Shown here one piece after another: positions 17,901-20,000 of a stretch of 20,000 bases of DNA. Each line of letters begins with the position of its first letter. Positions within the stretch are counted from its first letter, which is position 1. Under the pieces are notes generated by a model that saw only the letters and a program-made list of their open reading frames with translations, was not told the origin of the DNA and made no database searches. The position numbers and the translations under genes were made by a program. The stretch is taken from sequence record SRR20825019_3098; one strand, written 5' to 3'.

Positions 17901-18221
17901 ATGATTGTATATAATGTAACGGTTAGCATAGATCCAACGATCGAAAACGATTGGCTCGATTGGATGCGCTCGACCCATATTCCTGATGTAATGGCAACGG
18001 GATGCTTTAAAGAAAGTAGAATTTTGCGTGTTCACGGCGAAGAAGAGGGAGGATTAACGTACGCAATAACGTATGTGTCTCCTTCACAGGAATCTTACGA
18101 TCACTACAAAGCTACGCACGCACCGAAATTGCAGCAAGATCACAACGAAAAGTACGCAGGGAAATTCGCAGCTTTTAGAACAATGTTAACGCTTATCGAC
18201 GAATTTAAGGATGAGCGTTAA
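17901..18221 (+). CDS. DUF4286 family protein
   Basis: MIVYNVT...WLDWMRSTHIPDVMATGCF...TYAITY...HAPKLQ...GKFAAFRT matches my recollection of DUF4286, which is commonly next to rsmA in Bacteroidota. Confidence 0.82.
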   Translation: MIVYNVTVSIDPTIENDWLDWMRSTHIPDVMATGCFKESRILRVHGEEEGGLTYAITYVSPSQESYDHYKATHAPKLQQDHNEKYAGKFAAFRTMLTLIDEFKDER

Positions 18222-18984
18222 ACCAAAAAAGCACCTCGGTCAACATTTTCTAATTGATAAAAATATCTGTGCGAAAATTGCCAAACAATATACGTCGCAC
18301 AAAAACTGTAGTCGTGTTTTAGAAATAGGCCCAGGAATGGGCGCGCTCACCGAATACTTGATTCAAGAAAAACTGGATGTTTCTGTGATGGAAATCGACA
18401 CAGAGAGCATTGCGTTCTTGAAGCAAAACTTCGCTCCTTTGGAAGGAAAAATTATCGAAGGAGATTTTCTTCGCTGTAATTTACCCGAAATTATGGGAAC
18501 CGAACCCGTCGGAATAGTTGGAAATTTCCCCTACAATATTTCTTCGCAAATTCTCTTCAAATGTTTGGATTACCGAAATCAAATCCCAGAAATTATGGGA
18601 ATGTTTCAGAGAGAAGTTGCGATGAGAATAGCAGAAAAGCCAGGGACAAAACAATACGGAATTATATCAGTACTGATTCAAACTTTTTATGATATCGAGT
18701 ACTGTTTCACCGTGGATGAACATGTGTTTGATCCACCTCCGAAAGTAAAATCTGGAGTAATCCGCTGCACTCGAAATGAGCGTGATCAGCTTCCATGCGA
18801 CGAACAATTGTATATCCGCGTGGTGAAAATGAGCTTTAATCAGCGGAGAAAAACAATTCGGAACTCCATCAAACAACTTTTGAACGGTCAGCAAGTAGAT
18901 CACCCATATTTGGCATTACGTCCTGAACGTTTATCAGTGGATCAATTTATTGAGCTTACGCAATTGGTAGAGTCGTTGAATTAG
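18211..18984 (+). CDS. rsmA: 16S rRNA m6,2A1518/1519 dimethyltransferase
   Basis: KKHLGQHFL, VLEIGPGMGALT, EID, VGNFPYNISS, MFQREVA, FDPPPKVKS, FNQRRKTIRN and RPERL. Confidence 0.97.
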   Translation: MSVKPKKHLGQHFLIDKNICAKIAKQYTSHKNCSRVLEIGPGMGALTEYLIQEKLDVSVMEIDTESIAFLKQNFAPLEGKIIEGDFLRCNLPEIMGTEPVGIVGNFPYNISSQILFKCLDYRNQIPEIMGMFQREVAMRIAEKPGTKQYGIISVLIQTFYDIEYCFTVDEHVFDPPPKVKSGVIRCTRNERDQLPCDEQLYIRVVKMSFNQRRKTIRNSIKQLLNGQQVDHPYLALRPERLSVDQFIELTQLVESLN

Positions 18985-19074
18985 AGAAAAACGTTAGCAT
19001 TCGCAGAATTTTCACATTCTAGTTGGCAGAATTTAAAAAAGTTGACTTTCTTTGTGGAACAAAACAAAGAAATT

Positions 19075-19272
19075 ATGAGTTCATCAGATATTTTTTGGGG
19101 AATTGGAGATTCACTAACAGCAGTGCTTACGCCGCTAGACGCTGATTGGGGAATTACGTCAATCATGAACACAGGAGTTTTACTTCTTGGGTTTGTTGGT
19201 TTGTTTTATTGGTTGTCGCGTCAAGCGAAATTCAATAAACAAGCTGAGGCGAGCAAAGATCAGCTGAAATAG
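19075..19272 (+). CDS. Small (65 aa) membrane protein, possibly DUF6341-like
   Basis: ATG 19075 follows an A-rich leader (AAACAAAGAAATT). One TM (GVLLLGFVGLFYWL) and a basic tail (RQAKFNK), followed by a strong terminator. Family is a tentative recollection. Confidence 0.7.
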   Translation: MSSSDIFWGIGDSLTAVLTPLDADWGITSIMNTGVLLLGFVGLFYWLSRQAKFNKQAEASKDQLK

Positions 19273-19295
19273 ACATACAATAATAGAAGAATTTT

Positions 19296-19338
19296 AAAGG
19301 TCATTTGGTTTCCTTCGTGGAGCAAATGACCTTTTTTT
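19296..19338 (+). terminator. Intrinsic terminator
   Basis: Perfect 12-bp inverted repeat AAAGGTCATTTG (19296-19307) / CAAATGACCTTT (19323-19334) running into a T7 tract, 23 nt after the small ORF stop. Confidence 0.85.
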
Positions 19339-19369
19339 GTGTTCATTCAGTTTCAAACAGATAACAATT

Positions 19370-20000
19370 GTGAGTAAGCATTCGATTATAATTACTGCAG
19401 GAGGAATAGGAAAGCGGATGCAATCGCATCTTCCAAAGCAGTTTATTCAGATAAATGAGAAACCAATTCTCATGTACACGATTGAATGTTTTTACCATTT
19501 TGATCCCAAAGCGCAAATTATTCTAACGCTTCCAGAAGATTGGTTTGAATACTGGGAAGGTCTCATTAATGAGTTCGACTTTAGAATCCCACACAGAATA
19601 GTTGAAGGAGGAAAAGAACGATACGATTCCATAAAGAATGCGCTTGCAGAAGCAACAGGAACATTTATTGCCGTGCACGACGGGGTGCGACCGCTCGTAA
19701 GCGAAGAGACATTAAGAAACTGTTTTAGAGGAGTACGAGACTTCGGAGCAGTTATCCCTGTGGTTCCAATGATAGAATCTCTCCGAAAAAAACAAGACGT
19801 AGGAACAATTGCGGTTGACCGTTCAGAGTATTACATCGTTCAAACACCTCAATGTTTCCATAGAGACGTCCTAATTAAAGCGTATGAATTGCCCTTTCAT
19901 GACGGAATCACAGACGACGCAAGCTTGGTTGAAGCAGCGGGATTTGAAATTATGACCGTTTCCGGAAATGAAGAAAACATCAAAATTACAGCGCAATCTG
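19370..20000 (+). CDS. ispD: 2-C-methyl-D-erythritol 4-phosphate cytidylyltransferase (IspD/TarI family), runs off the window end
   Basis: Not in the ORF track. Translated by hand from GTG 19370: IIITAGGIGKRMQSHLPKQF, GGKERYDSI, VHDGVRPLVS, VQTPQCF, TDDASLVE and GNEENIKIT. Confidence 0.92.
   Translation, partial: MSKHSIIITAGGIGKRMQSHLPKQFIQINEKPILMYTIECFYHFDPKAQIILTLPEDWFEYWEGLINEFDFRIPHRIVEGGKERYDSIKNALAEATGTFIAVHDGVRPLVSEETLRNCFRGVRDFGAVIPVVPMIESLRKKQDVGTIAVDRSEYYIVQTPQCFHRDVLIKAYELPFHDGITDDASLVEAAGFEIMTVSGNEENIKITAQS

Noticed and set aside
18981-19172. 63-aa minus-strand ORF
   Set aside because: Overlaps the better supported plus-strand membrane protein, which has a leader and a terminator.
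1-20000. Mobile elements, CRISPR arrays, defence systems, tRNA/rRNA, frameshifted pseudogenes
   Set aside because: No intergenic gap exceeds about 165 bp, no repeat-spacer pattern or transposase/integrase motif was seen, and the recognised genes appear intact.

Overview
An AT-rich, gene-dense chromosomal segment from a Bacteroidota bacterium. The assignment is inferred from TAnnTTTG promoters, a T9SS C-terminal domain and the purH-mreBCD-mrdA-rodA gene order; it is probably Flavobacteriales. The left half (minus strand) is purH-mreB-mreC-mreD-mrdA(PBP2)-rodA followed by a class A PBP that runs off the window edge. The middle holds an OmpR-family regulator converging on a DUF4412-like exported protein and a TPR/HisKA_3 sensor kinase, then dCMP deaminase and an S41 protease. 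The right part holds a T9SS-secreted protein fusing a CxxCH cytochrome c-like domain to a PHM/DBH-type copper monooxygenase, an unknown bitopic membrane protein, DUF4286, rsmA, a small membrane protein, a terminator and a partial ispD. I saw no mobile element, CRISPR array, rRNA or tRNA. Most of the window is housekeeping. The best candidates for something new are the heme-copper monooxygenase T9SS cargo and the mismatched two-component module with its paired operator-like repeats.
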